Origin: an uncultured bacterium
Lineage (GTDB): Bacteria; Krumholzibacteriota; Krumholzibacteriia; LZORAL124-64-63
DNA: 64,000 nt
Reading direction: 5' to 3'
NCBI GenBank assembly: GCA_963732385.1
Contig: CAVSZB010000007.1
Location: forward strand, 128,001-192,000
Shown here: positions 55,338 to 64,000 of the stretch, one piece after another
Position numbering within the stretch: the stretch's first letter is position 1
Layout of the letters: every line of letters begins with the position of its first letter
Made by a program: the position numbers and the translations under genes
Notes under the pieces: model-generated
Told to the model about the DNA's origin: nothing
Seen by the model: only the letters and a program-made list of their open reading frames with translations
The model's database searches: none

Positions 55338-58109
55338 GTGGAGGAAATCAGGCAGCGGGCGCAGTATGCGCCGGCCGGCATCGAGGAGAAGTGGTACGCG
55401 GCCTGGGAAGCGGCCGGCCTGTTCCGGCCCATCGCCAGCGCGGAGGCCGCGCCGTTCGTCATCGTCCTGCCGCCGCCGAATGTCACCGGCATCCTGCACA
55501 TGGGACACTGTCTGGGCAACTCCATCCAGGATATGCTGGTGCGCTGGATGCGGATGCGCGGGCGCGCCACGCTCTGGATTCCCGGCACGGACCACGCGAG
55601 CATCTCCACCGAGCAGGTCGTCTCGCGCCAGTTGCGCGAGGAGGGGCTGGACAAGCAGACCCTCGGGCGCGAGGCGTTCCTGGAGCGAGCCTGGGACTGG
55701 AAGGAGCAGACGCACGGCCGGATCACGGCCCAGTTGCGCCGTCTCGGCTGCAGCCTCGACTGGTCGCGCGAGGTCTTCACCATGGACGAACCCCGCTCGC
55801 GCGCGGTCGCCACGGCGTTTTTGCGGCTGCGGGAGAAGGGGCTGATCTACCGCGACCTCTACCTGACGCACTGGTGCCCGACCTGCCTGACCGCCATCAG
55901 CGACGACGAGGTGGATCACCGCGAGACGCAGGGCGTCCTCTGGCACATCCGCTATCCCTTCGTCGATGGCGAGGGGGGCGTGGTGGTGGCGACCACGCGC
56001 CCGGAGACGCTGTTCGGCGACGTGGCGGTGGCCGTGCATCCGGACGACGGCGAACGCCGGACTCTCGTCGGACGCGAGGTTCGCCTGCCGCTGACCGAAC
56101 GGATCATCCCGATCATCGCCGACGCATACGCCGACCCGGAGAAGGGGACCGGCTGCGTGAAGATCACGCCGGCGCACGATCCGAACGACTTCGAGGTGGG
56201 GCGACGTCACGCGCTTCCGCAGGTGATCTGCATGGACGAGCAGGGGGTGATGAACGTCGAGGCGGGCCGCTTCGCCGGTCTTGACCGGGTCGCCTGCCGC
56301 GCCGCCGCCCTGACCGCCCTGCGCGAGCAGGGGTTGCTGGAGAAGGAGGTGCCGCACGTCCATCAGGTGGGGCATCACGACCGCTGCGACACCGTGATAG
56401 AGCCGCGCCTGTCGCGGCAGTGGTTCCTGCGCATGGGCGAGCTGGCCGACCCGGCGCTGCGCGCCGTGGCGGACGGGAGCGTGCGGCTCTTCCCCGACCG
56501 CTGGGTGGGGGTCTACGACAACTGGCTCGGCAATATCCGCGACTGGTGCATTTCGCGGCAGCTCTGGTGGGGGCACCGCATCCCGGTCTGGTACTGCGCC
56601 GACTGTGGCGCGGAAACGGCCGCCGCCGCGCCGCCGACCGCCTGTGGGCAGTGCGGGTCGGTACGGCTGACGCAGGATCCCGACGTACTCGACACCTGGT
56701 TCTCCAGCTGGCTCTGGACCTTCTCGCCGCTTGGCTGGCCCGATCAGACGCGCGATCTGGCCCGCTTCCACCCCACTTCGGTGCTGGTGACCGGCGCGGA
56801 CATCATCTTCTTCTGGGTCGCGCGCATGATCATGGCCGGTTACGAGTTCCTCGGGGAGCCGCCGTTCCGCGAAGTGCTGTTCCACGGCATCGTGCGCGAC
56901 GAGCAGGGGCGCAAGATGAGCAAGATGCTCGGCAACAGTCCCGATCCGATCGAACTGATCGACCGCTATGGCGCCGATGCGCTGCGCTGCTCGATGGTCA
57001 TGCTCACGCCGACCGGCCAGGACGTGTTCTTCGCCGAACCCACCCTCGAGGTCGGCCGCAACTTTTGCAACAAGGTGTTCCAGGCCACGAAGCTGGTGCT
57101 CGGGGCGTGGGACGAGGCCGATCTGCCGCCCCGGGTCGAGGGACCCGCGGTCGCTGCGACCGGGGACTTCGACGTCGCTCTCGCGGCGGCCGGTGGCGCC
57201 GCGGCCACGCCGGCGGCTTTCGCGACTGCATTGTGGGGTGAGTTGTTCGGCGGCGCGCCGCCGTGTCCGCTGCCTTCCGACGCCCTGCGGCTGGAGGATG
57301 CCTGGCTCCTGAACCGGCTCTGGCTCGTCTCCCGCTCCTGCGAAGAGAGCCTCGAGAGGCGCCGGCTGAACGACGCCGCTCATGTGGTGTACGACTTCTT
57401 CCGTCACGAACTGTGCGACTGGTATCTCGAGGCGGTGAAACCGCGTCTGCGCGACCCCGGCGCGCGGCCGGCAGCGGCGGCGCTCGCCGTCCTCGCGCTG
57501 GGCGTCAGCTACAAGCTGCTGCATCCGCTGATGCCGTTCATCACCGAGGAATTGTGGAGCTGGCTGCCGCCGGCGCGTGGCTATCTTATGGTGTCAGCGT
57601 TTCCGCGCGCGCTCGGCCCGCCGGTGTTCGCCGCCGAGGCGGCGCGCTTCGACCGGGTTGCGGAGGTGGTCGGGGTCCTGCGCAACACGCGCAGCGAGCT
57701 GGGCGTGCCGCCGGGCCGCCGCGGGCGGGCGGTGCTGCGCGCGCCGGCGGAGCTGGCGGCCGACCTGATCGCCGACGCGGCGCAGGTCGCGCTGCTGGCC
57801 AAGCTGGAGGAGGTCGCCGTCGTGACCGGCGGTGCCGACCCGGCGCCGGCCGTGGCCGGGGTGGCCGGGGCGGTGGAGGTTTTCCTCCTGATGGATGGCC
57901 TGCTGGATGTCACGCGGGAACGGGAGCGGCTCGGCAAGGAGTTGGCGAGGATCGAGGGGTGGATCCTCGGCTGCCGCGCCAAGCTGGACAACGAGAAATT
58001 CGTTGCGCGGGCCCCCGCGGCGGTCATCGCGCAGCAGCGGGAGCTGCTTGCCGAGAACGAAGCGCAGGCCGCCGGTCTGCGACGCCGCGTGGAGGCGCTG
58101 GGGACCTGA
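55338..58109 (+). CDS. valS: Valine--tRNA ligase
   Basis: PPPNVTGILHMGH, ATTRPET, DWCISRQLWWGH, DVLDTWFSS, KMSKM, C-terminal coiled-coil arm; AAGGAG before the GTG start. Confidence 0.98.
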   Translation: MEEIRQRAQYAPAGIEEKWYAAWEAAGLFRPIASAEAAPFVIVLPPPNVTGILHMGHCLGNSIQDMLVRWMRMRGRATLWIPGTDHASISTEQVVSRQLREEGLDKQTLGREAFLERAWDWKEQTHGRITAQLRRLGCSLDWSREVFTMDEPRSRAVATAFLRLREKGLIYRDLYLTHWCPTCLTAISDDEVDHRETQGVLWHIRYPFVDGEGGVVVATTRPETLFGDVAVAVHPDDGERRTLVGREVRLPLTERIIPIIADAYADPEKGTGCVKITPAHDPNDFEVGRRHALPQVICMDEQGVMNVEAGRFAGLDRVACRAAALTALREQGLLEKEVPHVHQVGHHDRCDTVIEPRLSRQWFLRMGELADPALRAVADGSVRLFPDRWVGVYDNWLGNIRDWCISRQLWWGHRIPVWYCADCGAETAAAAPPTACGQCGSVRLTQDPDVLDTWFSSWLWTFSPLGWPDQTRDLARFHPTSVLVTGADIIFFWVARMIMAGYEFLGEPPFREVLFHGIVRDEQGRKMSKMLGNSPDPIELIDRYGADALRCSMVMLTPTGQDVFFAEPTLEVGRNFCNKVFQATKLVLGAWDEADLPPRVEGPAVAATGDFDVALAAAGGAAATPAAFATALWGELFGGAPPCPLPSDALRLEDAWLLNRLWLVSRSCEESLERRRLNDAAHVVYDFFRHELCDWYLEAVKPRLRDPGARPAAAALAVLALGVSYKLLHPLMPFITEELWSWLPPARGYLMVSAFPRALGPPVFAAEAARFDRVAEVVGVLRNTRSELGVPPGRRGRAVLRAPAELAADLIADAAQVALLAKLEEVAVVTGGADPAPAVAGVAGAVEVFLLMDGLLDVTRERERLGKELARIEGWILGCRAKLDNEKFVARAPAAVIAQQRELLAENEAQAAGLRRRVEALGT

Positions 58110-58132
58110 GGTCCGCGGCGGGAGGAGGCGAG

Positions 58133-58735
58133 ATGGCCGGGTTCGAGGACGAGCCGATGACGGTCGGTCAATTGCTGGGCGCGGCGCGGCGGGAGCGGGG
58201 TCTCGAGTTGCCGGCGCTGGCCGCCACCACGCGCATTTCCACGCAGTTCCTGGCGGCGCTCGAGGCGGACGAATACGATATCCTGCCACCGCTGTACATC
58301 CGCAGTTTCCTGCGCTCCTATGCCGCGGCGCTCGGATTGTCCGCGGAAGATGTTCTGGCCTGCCAGGAGAGCCAGCCCGCGAGGGCGGCGCCGGCCGCAG
58401 ATGTCGCCCCCTTCTGGGAGCAGGAGGTGACGGTGCGGCGCGTGGACGGAGGCGGATCCCGCCTCTGGCTGCGCTGGGCGGCATTGGCCCTGGCGGCCGT
58501 GGCGGTGGTTTTCGTGGCGGTGCGTCTGCTCGACCACTCCGGCAGGCGTGCCTTCGGCGGCGGCCTGGGGCCGCCCGACAGCCTGACCGGTCGCACCGCG
58601 CCGGACTCCGGTGTCGTCGTCGGGCAGGATCCGTTCGACCTGCCGGCGTCGTTGCCGTCCGCGGCCGATTCCAGCCTGCCTTCGGCGGCGGTGGACGAGG
58701 CGTTGGTGGATACCACCTACGTGCCGCGGCCGTGA
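58133..58735 (+). CDS. RodZ-like HTH protein with a single TM
   Basis: GQLLGAARRERGL..TRISTQFLAALE...YIRSFLRSYAAALGL, then a TM helix; GGAGG RBS. Confidence 0.8.
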   Translation: MAGFEDEPMTVGQLLGAARRERGLELPALAATTRISTQFLAALEADEYDILPPLYIRSFLRSYAAALGLSAEDVLACQESQPARAAPAADVAPFWEQEVTVRRVDGGGSRLWLRWAALALAAVAVVFVAVRLLDHSGRRAFGGGLGPPDSLTGRTAPDSGVVVGQDPFDLPASLPSAADSSLPSAAVDEALVDTTYVPRP

Positions 58736-58748
58736 GGGAGCGCGCACC

Positions 58749-60782
58749 GTGAGCGATTTCGACCTGCAGGCGCCGTTTCCGCCGTGCGGCGACCAGCCCG
58801 CCGCGATCCTGGCGCTCACGGAAGGGGTGCGCCGCGGCGACCGCTTCCAGACCCTGCTCGGCGTGACCGGCTCGGGCAAGACCTTCACGCTGGCGAACGT
58901 GATCGCCGCGCTCAACCGCCCGACCCTCGTGTTCAGCCACAACAAGACCCTCGCAGCGCAACTCTACGGGGAATTCCAGGGCTTCTTCCCGCGCAACGCG
59001 GTCGAGTACTTCATCTCCTATTACGACTACTACCAGCCCGAGGCGTTCATTCCCGCCTCGAACACCTATATCGAGAAGGACGCCAGCATCAACGAGGAGA
59101 TCGAGCGGCTGCGCCTGCGCACGACCAGCTCCCTGCTGGCGCGCCGTGATGTGCTGGTGGTGGCGAGCGTGTCGGCGATCTTCGGCCTGGGCAATCCTGA
59201 GACGTTCCGTCGCAATGTGCTGCCGCTCGCCGTCGGCATGACGCTGGCCCGTGACGATCTGTTGCGGAGGCTGGTGGAGATCCATTACCACCGCAACGAC
59301 GCCTCGCCCGGCCCGGGAGATTTCCGGGCGCGCGGCGATGTCGTCGAGATCCGCGCGGCGCACGAGGAGCGCATCCTGCGCGTGGAAATGTGGGGCGACT
59401 CTGTGGAGCGGCTGGTCTGGGCCGACGCGCTGAGCGGACGCACGCTCGAGACGGTGGCCGACACGGCGGTGTACCCGGCGCGCCAGTTCGTCGCGGAGCG
59501 GGAAGGGCTGGGGCCGATCCTCGACGAGATCGCCCGCGATCTCGAGGTGCGCCTCGGCGAGCTTGACGCGGCCGGCCGGGGGCTTGAGGCGCAGAGGCTC
59601 GCTTCGCGCGCGCGGTACGACCTGGAGATGATCCGGGAGGTCGGCTACTGCGCCGGCATCGAGAACTACTCGCGCTACTTCGACGGTCGCCGGCCGGGCG
59701 AGCGGCCCGCCTGCCTGCTCGACTACTTTCCTCGCGACTATCTGCTGGTGATCGACGAGTCGCACGTGACGCTGCCGCAGCTGAGGGCGATGTACAATGG
59801 CGACCGCTCGCGCAAGGAAACGCTGGTGGAGCACGGCTTCCGCCTGCCGAGCGCGCTCGACAACCGTCCGCTGCGTTTCGCGGAGCTCGAGGCGCTCGTG
59901 CCGCAGACGATCTTCGTTTCGGCCACGCCTGGTGACTGGGAGCTCGAGCAGTCGGGCGGCGTGATCGTGGAGCAGGTGATCCGTCCGACCGGTCTGGTGG
60001 ACCCCGAGATCATCGTTGCGCCGGCCGTCACGCAGGTCGACGACCTGATCGGACGGGTGCGCGTGGTCGTGGCGCGTGGCGAGCGGGTGCTGGTTACTAC
60101 CCTCACGAAGAAGATGGCGGAGGATCTGACCGAGTATCTGCAGCGGCTCGGCATCCGGGTCTCCTACCTGCACTCCGACATCCTCGCGCTCGACCGCGTG
60201 GAGATCCTCCGGGCGCTGCGTCTCGGCGAGAGCGACGTGCTGGTGGGGGTGAACCTGCTGCGCGAGGGGCTCGACCTGCCGGAGGTATCGCTCGTGGCGA
60301 TTCTCGACGCCGACCGCGAGGGTTTCCTGCGCTCAGGCCGCAGCCTGATCCAGACCGCGGGGCGTGCGGCGCGCAACAGCAACGGCCAGGTGCTCATGTA
60401 CGCGGACAAGCTGACCGATTCGATGCGCTATGCGATCGCGGAAACCGAGCGTCGGCGATGCCGCCAGCTGGCGTACAACGCGGAGCACCATATTTCGCCG
60501 CAGACCATCCTCAAGACCCGCGCGGAGATCATGCAGGCGACCTCCGTGGCGGGCGATCGGGGACGGGAACGCGTCGGCGCGTCGGACGCCTCGCCGTGGA
60601 AACGGCTGGCGGCGGCGGGACTGTCGCCGGGTGAGATGATCGAGGCGTTGAACGAGGAGATGGAGGCCGCGTCGCGGCGACTCGAGTTCGAGCTGGCGGC
60701 CACGCTGCGCGACCGGATCGACGAATTGCGCGGACAGTGGGGCCTGCCCGCCGTCCGCCGCGCGAAGGGAGGTCGCCGATGA
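58749..60782 (+). CDS. uvrB: Excinuclease ABC subunit B
   Basis: [56 protein letters not shown] tail. Confidence 0.98.
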   Translation: MSDFDLQAPFPPCGDQPAAILALTEGVRRGDRFQTLLGVTGSGKTFTLANVIAALNRPTLVFSHNKTLAAQLYGEFQGFFPRNAVEYFISYYDYYQPEAFIPASNTYIEKDASINEEIERLRLRTTSSLLARRDVLVVASVSAIFGLGNPETFRRNVLPLAVGMTLARDDLLRRLVEIHYHRNDASPGPGDFRARGDVVEIRAAHEERILRVEMWGDSVERLVWADALSGRTLETVADTAVYPARQFVAEREGLGPILDEIARDLEVRLGELDAAGRGLEAQRLASRARYDLEMIREVGYCAGIENYSRYFDGRRPGERPACLLDYFPRDYLLVIDESHVTLPQLRAMYNGDRSRKETLVEHGFRLPSALDNRPLRFAELEALVPQTIFVSATPGDWELEQSGGVIVEQVIRPTGLVDPEIIVAPAVTQVDDLIGRVRVVVARGERVLVTTLTKKMAEDLTEYLQRLGIRVSYLHSDILALDRVEILRALRLGESDVLVGVNLLREGLDLPEVSLVAILDADREGFLRSGRSLIQTAGRAARNSNGQVLMYADKLTDSMRYAIAETERRRCRQLAYNAEHHISPQTILKTRAEIMQATSVAGDRGRERVGASDASPWKRLAAAGLSPGEMIEALNEEMEAASRRLEFELAATLRDRIDELRGQWGLPAVRRAKGGRR

Positions 60783-61669
60783 ACCCGCGCCCGGTGCCCG
60801 GCTTTCCCGATTCCGCGTGGCTGCGTGCGCTGGTGCGTCAGGCTCTGGCCGAGGACGTCGGCGGGGGCGACATCACCACCGCCCTTGCCGTGGCGACCGG
60901 GGCGCGCGCCGCGGGGCGGATCGTGTCGCGGCGCGCCGGGGTCGTGGCTGGACTGGCGCTGACGGAACTGGTGTGGGGCGAACTGTCGGCCGCCGTGACG
61001 GTGACGGCGCGCGTCGACGACGGCGCGGCCGTCACGCCCGGCATGGTCGTGGCGGAGATCGCGGGGCCGGCCGCGGCGATCCTGACCGGTGAGCGCACGG
61101 CGTTGAACTTCCTGCAGCACCTCAGCGGCATCGCCACGCTGACGGCGCAATTCGTGGCAGCGGTGGCGGGCACCGACTGCCTGGTGCTCGACACCCGCAA
61201 GACCATCCCCGGCTATCGCGCACTCGCCAAGTACGCGGTGCGGGCCGGGGGCGGGGCGAACCACCGTTTCGGCCTGTACGACCGCTTCCTGCTCAAGGAC
61301 AACCACTGGCTCGCGGCCGCCGCCGACCTGGCGACTTTGGTGGCCCGCGCGCGTCGGGAGCAGCCGGATCTGGCGATCGAGATCGAGGTGGATGGTCTGG
61401 CGCAGTTGCAGTCCGTGCTGCCGCTCGGAGTCGACTGGATCCTGCTCGACAATTTTGAGCCGGCGGGGGTGATCGCCGCGGTCGCGCTGCGCGATGCGGT
61501 CGACCCCGCCCGCCGCAGCCGCCTCGAGGTGTCGGGTAACGTGACCCTGGATTCCGCCGGCGCGTTCGCGGCGGCCGGCGCCGACGCGATTTCGATCGGC
61601 CGCCTGACGCACTCCGCGCCGGCCCTCGATCTGGCGCTCGACTTCCCGCCCCCGGGAGGCCCCGCGTGA
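60779..61669 (+). CDS. nadC: Quinolinate phosphoribosyltransferase
   Basis: EDVGGGDITT, ERTALN, DTRKT, HRFGLYD, KDNH, EIEVD, LLDN, SIGRLTHS. Confidence 0.97.
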   Translation: MNPRPVPGFPDSAWLRALVRQALAEDVGGGDITTALAVATGARAAGRIVSRRAGVVAGLALTELVWGELSAAVTVTARVDDGAAVTPGMVVAEIAGPAAAILTGERTALNFLQHLSGIATLTAQFVAAVAGTDCLVLDTRKTIPGYRALAKYAVRAGGGANHRFGLYDRFLLKDNHWLAAAADLATLVARARREQPDLAIEIEVDGLAQLQSVLPLGVDWILLDNFEPAGVIAAVALRDAVDPARRSRLEVSGNVTLDSAGAFAAAGADAISIGRLTHSAPALDLALDFPPPGGPA

Positions 61670-62589
61670 AAAGGCTGCCGCGTCAGGACTGGTTCGGTCT
61701 GGCCGCCTTCGAGCCGGGGGCCGGTCGCACCCGGGCGGGGGCGCCGTTATACCTGCTCGAAAGTGTCGACTCCACGAGCGATTTTCTGCTGGGCCGTGGC
61801 GCGGGGGGAGTCGGCCGGGTCTGCGTATGGGACGGCTGGGGCTGGCAGGCGCCGCGACAGCAGCGTCTCTCCCCGCCGGCCTCGCCCGCGGTGGGGGCGG
61901 TGGCGGTGGCGCGTCGCCAGACCCGTGGGCGGGGACGGATGGGCCGGACGTGGGTCAGCGTCGAGGGGTTGTTGCTGTCATGGCTCGTGCCATCGGCGCC
62001 GACGCGCAGCGCGGCGAGTCTTGCGGTCTGGGCCGGTCTGGTGGCGGCGATCGTTTTGCGGGAGGAGTTCGGGCTCGCGGTCGATCTGAAATGGCCCAAC
62101 GATCTGCTGATCGGGCCGCGCAAGCTCGGCGGGCTGCTGCTGGACGCTGCGCGTACGCCGACGGGACCGCGGCTGGTCGCGGGGCTGGGCCTGAATCTGG
62201 CCGTGGCCGCGGCCGATCTGCCGGACGACCTGCGCGGTCACGCCACCTCCTTCCGCATCGAGAAGGTGCGCGTGCCGCAGCCGGCGATCGTGGCCGGTGC
62301 GATCCTGGCGCGCTTCGACGCCGAACTGCCGTCGTTTCGCGCCGACGGCTGGCCGCCGTACCTCCGACGTTTCGCCGCCTGCGACCGGTTGCGGGGGCGG
62401 CGCATCACCCTGGCCACCGGGCAGGGACCGGTGGCCGGGCGCGCCGCGGGAATCGACGAGACCGGCGCGCTGCTGCTGCGGCGGTCGGACGGCAGCGTGG
62501 CGCGTCTGCTCGCGGGCGATGTGCATGTGGTCGATGTGGCGGAGCGTCCGGCCGGGGGGAGGGCGCATGGCTCGCGTGCTCGTGATTGA
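61666..62589 (+). CDS. birA: Biotin--protein ligase (no N-terminal HTH)
   Basis: VDST, QTRGRGRMGRTW, KWPND, KLGGLL, GLGLN, GIDETGALL. Confidence 0.92.
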   Translation: MKRLPRQDWFGLAAFEPGAGRTRAGAPLYLLESVDSTSDFLLGRGAGGVGRVCVWDGWGWQAPRQQRLSPPASPAVGAVAVARRQTRGRGRMGRTWVSVEGLLLSWLVPSAPTRSAASLAVWAGLVAAIVLREEFGLAVDLKWPNDLLIGPRKLGGLLLDAARTPTGPRLVAGLGLNLAVAAADLPDDLRGHATSFRIEKVRVPQPAIVAGAILARFDAELPSFRADGWPPYLRRFAACDRLRGRRITLATGQGPVAGRAAGIDETGALLLRRSDGSVARLLAGDVHVVDVAERPAGGRAHGSRARD

Positions 62590-63370
62590 TGTCGGCAACA
62601 GTCGCGTGGCGGTGGCGCTCTGGACCGCCACACCGCTCGCGTCAGGCGGCGCAGACGCGGACGCGCCGCCAGGCGGTGTCCCCGCCGGGAACGTACGCCG
62701 TCTGCGCGAGTGGCCCACCCCGCGCGACGCGGCGGCGCGGACCGTGCTCGCCGACGCTCTTGCCGTCCTGGCCGCGGCCGAGGGGACGACCGGCGCGGCG
62801 ATCGTTTCGGTCGTGCCGAAGTGCGGCGCGGCGCTCCTGTCGGCGCTGCCGGGGGCGGTGCCGGCCGACCACACCTCCATGCTGCCGTTCGCGCTGGGCG
62901 TGGCGGAACCGGCGGCGGTCGGTGCTGATCGCTACTGCAACATGGCGGCTGCCGTGGATCGTGGCTGGCGCGATGCCCTTGTCGTCGATGCCGGCACCGC
63001 CACCACCTTCGATCTGCTGGCGGACGGCTGTTTCCGGGGCGGCCTGATCGCGCCGGGGATGGCGTTGGCGGCGCGAAGCCTCGGCGAGGCGGCGGCGCGC
63101 CTGTCGCCGGTGCGGTTCGCCCCCTGTCCGCTCGAGATCGGCGCCTCGACCGCCGCGGCGATGCAGGCCGGCGCCTTCCATGTCGGGGTGCGCGGGGTGC
63201 TGGGCGTGGTGGACGGCCTCCTGGAGCGCTACGGCCCCCGCCCCGTGGCGGTCACGGGCGGGCTGGGCGCGCACCTCGCACGTCCCGGCTGGTTGCACGA
63301 CCCCGACTGGACGCTGCGGGGGGCGCTTCGCCTGGCCTTGCCCCGTTTGCGCGACGCGGGCGTTATCTAG
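62567..63370 (+). CDS. coaX: Type III pantothenate kinase
   Basis: IDVGNS, SVVP, GADR, VDAGTATTFD, GGLIAPG, TGG. Confidence 0.93.
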   Translation: MARVLVIDVGNSRVAVALWTATPLASGGADADAPPGGVPAGNVRRLREWPTPRDAAARTVLADALAVLAAAEGTTGAAIVSVVPKCGAALLSALPGAVPADHTSMLPFALGVAEPAAVGADRYCNMAAAVDRGWRDALVVDAGTATTFDLLADGCFRGGLIAPGMALAARSLGEAAARLSPVRFAPCPLEIGASTAAAMQAGAFHVGVRGVLGVVDGLLERYGPRPVAVTGGLGAHLARPGWLHDPDWTLRGALRLALPRLRDAGVI

Positions 63371-64000
63371 GCGCGCGGGGAGCGGTGGACGGGACCGGCT
63401 CGTGTCCTGTCCGCCAGCCGGTCGAGTCGCCTTCGGCGTTGCCTTCGGTTTGCGTCCGCACCGCCAGCACGGAGCTGCCGGTGTCGCAGTCCGTCGCGGC
63501 CCCCTGCGGGCTGTCGAGAATGGCGCACTCCGTAAGCAGGACCCGCGCGCCGCCGCGCAAACAGAGTCCGGCGCCGGCGCCGGCGCTGTTGCCGATCAGA
63601 CGGCAGCGCGCGAGCCGTGGGCCGGCGGCGTTGATGAACAGGCCTCCGCCCAGGGTTGCGGTGTTCTCAGTGATCACGCCGTCGTTCATCTCCAGCGCCC
63701 CCCCCTGCTCGCAGACGAGAGCGCCGCCGGTCGTGGCGGAGTTGTGCGTGAAGCGGCAGCCCTCCAGCCGTCCTGCCCCCATGATGAAGGCCGCCCCACC
63801 GCCGCTGCCGGCCGTATTGTCCGCGACGTCACAGTCGATCAGCACAGGGGTGCTCCTGAACGACAACAGCCCGCCGCCGTAGGTGGCCGTGTTGCCCAGG
63901 AAGACGCAATGTTCGAAGCGGGGCGCGGCGCCCTCCTCGCACGCCACGGCGCCGCCCGTTGTCGCGCGACAGGCGGTGAAGACACAGGCGACGAATTGCG
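63363..64000 (-). CDS. Right-handed parallel beta-helix (Pmp-like GGA/FxxN) repeat protein, 5' partial
   Basis: Repeated C.F..N.A..GGG units; the frame runs off the window end. Confidence 0.8.
   Translation of the reverse strand, partial: QFVACVFTACRATTGGAVACEEGAAPRFEHCVFLGNTATYGGGLLSFRSTPVLIDCDVADNTAGSGGGAAFIMGAGRLEGCRFTHNSATTGGALVCEQGGALEMNDGVITENTATLGGGLFINAAGPRLARCRLIGNSAGAGAGLCLRGGARVLLTECAILDSPQGAATDCDTGSSVLAVRTQTEGNAEGDSTGWRTGHEPVPSTAPRAPR

Overview
High-GC bacterial chromosome segment. Three secreted proteins with FlgD-Ig C-terminal domains suggest the FCB superphylum, possibly Krumholzibacteriota/Latescibacterota-like (inference). 1-14.3 kb: dcw cluster (ftsI partial, murE, murF, mraY, murD, ftsW, murG, murC, ftsQ, ftsA, ftsZ; no murB or ddl), followed by a TPR gene. 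16-26 kb: rpmB, recG and a signalling neighbourhood with two stand-alone receivers, an HDOD protein, a zinc-ribbon protein, a pseudo-receiver/RsbW-like kinase, a degenerate MglA-like GTPase and TPR proteins. 26-48 kb: DUF4139, a GT-C-like/TPR membrane protein, an RpoD-family sigma factor, a DUF222-like HNH protein, an FGE-domain protein whose 3' end looks like a DGR variable region, yigZ, a beta-barrel/VCBS/ccdA/tlpA run, GH13 plus MFS, an ISL3-like remnant and a large secreted FlgD-domain protein. 48-64 kb: ytxH/DUF948, an unannotated 19-21 aa peptide gene, a PDZ-membrane-GAF-SpoIIE phosphatase, two M28 peptidases, then valS, a rodZ-like gene, uvrB, nadC, birA and coaX. Main hunt results: (1) a recurring sigma-28-type promoter motif (T[CA]AAG-N14/15-nnCGA[TA]A) in front of five transcription units, including the small peptide; (2) three sigma-54 promoters with IHF-like sites; (3) a probable MglA pseudo-GTPase module; (4) a candidate orphan DGR target. 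No rRNA, tRNA, CRISPR array or reverse transcriptase was recognised. All calls come from reading the sequence by eye; no database searches were run.
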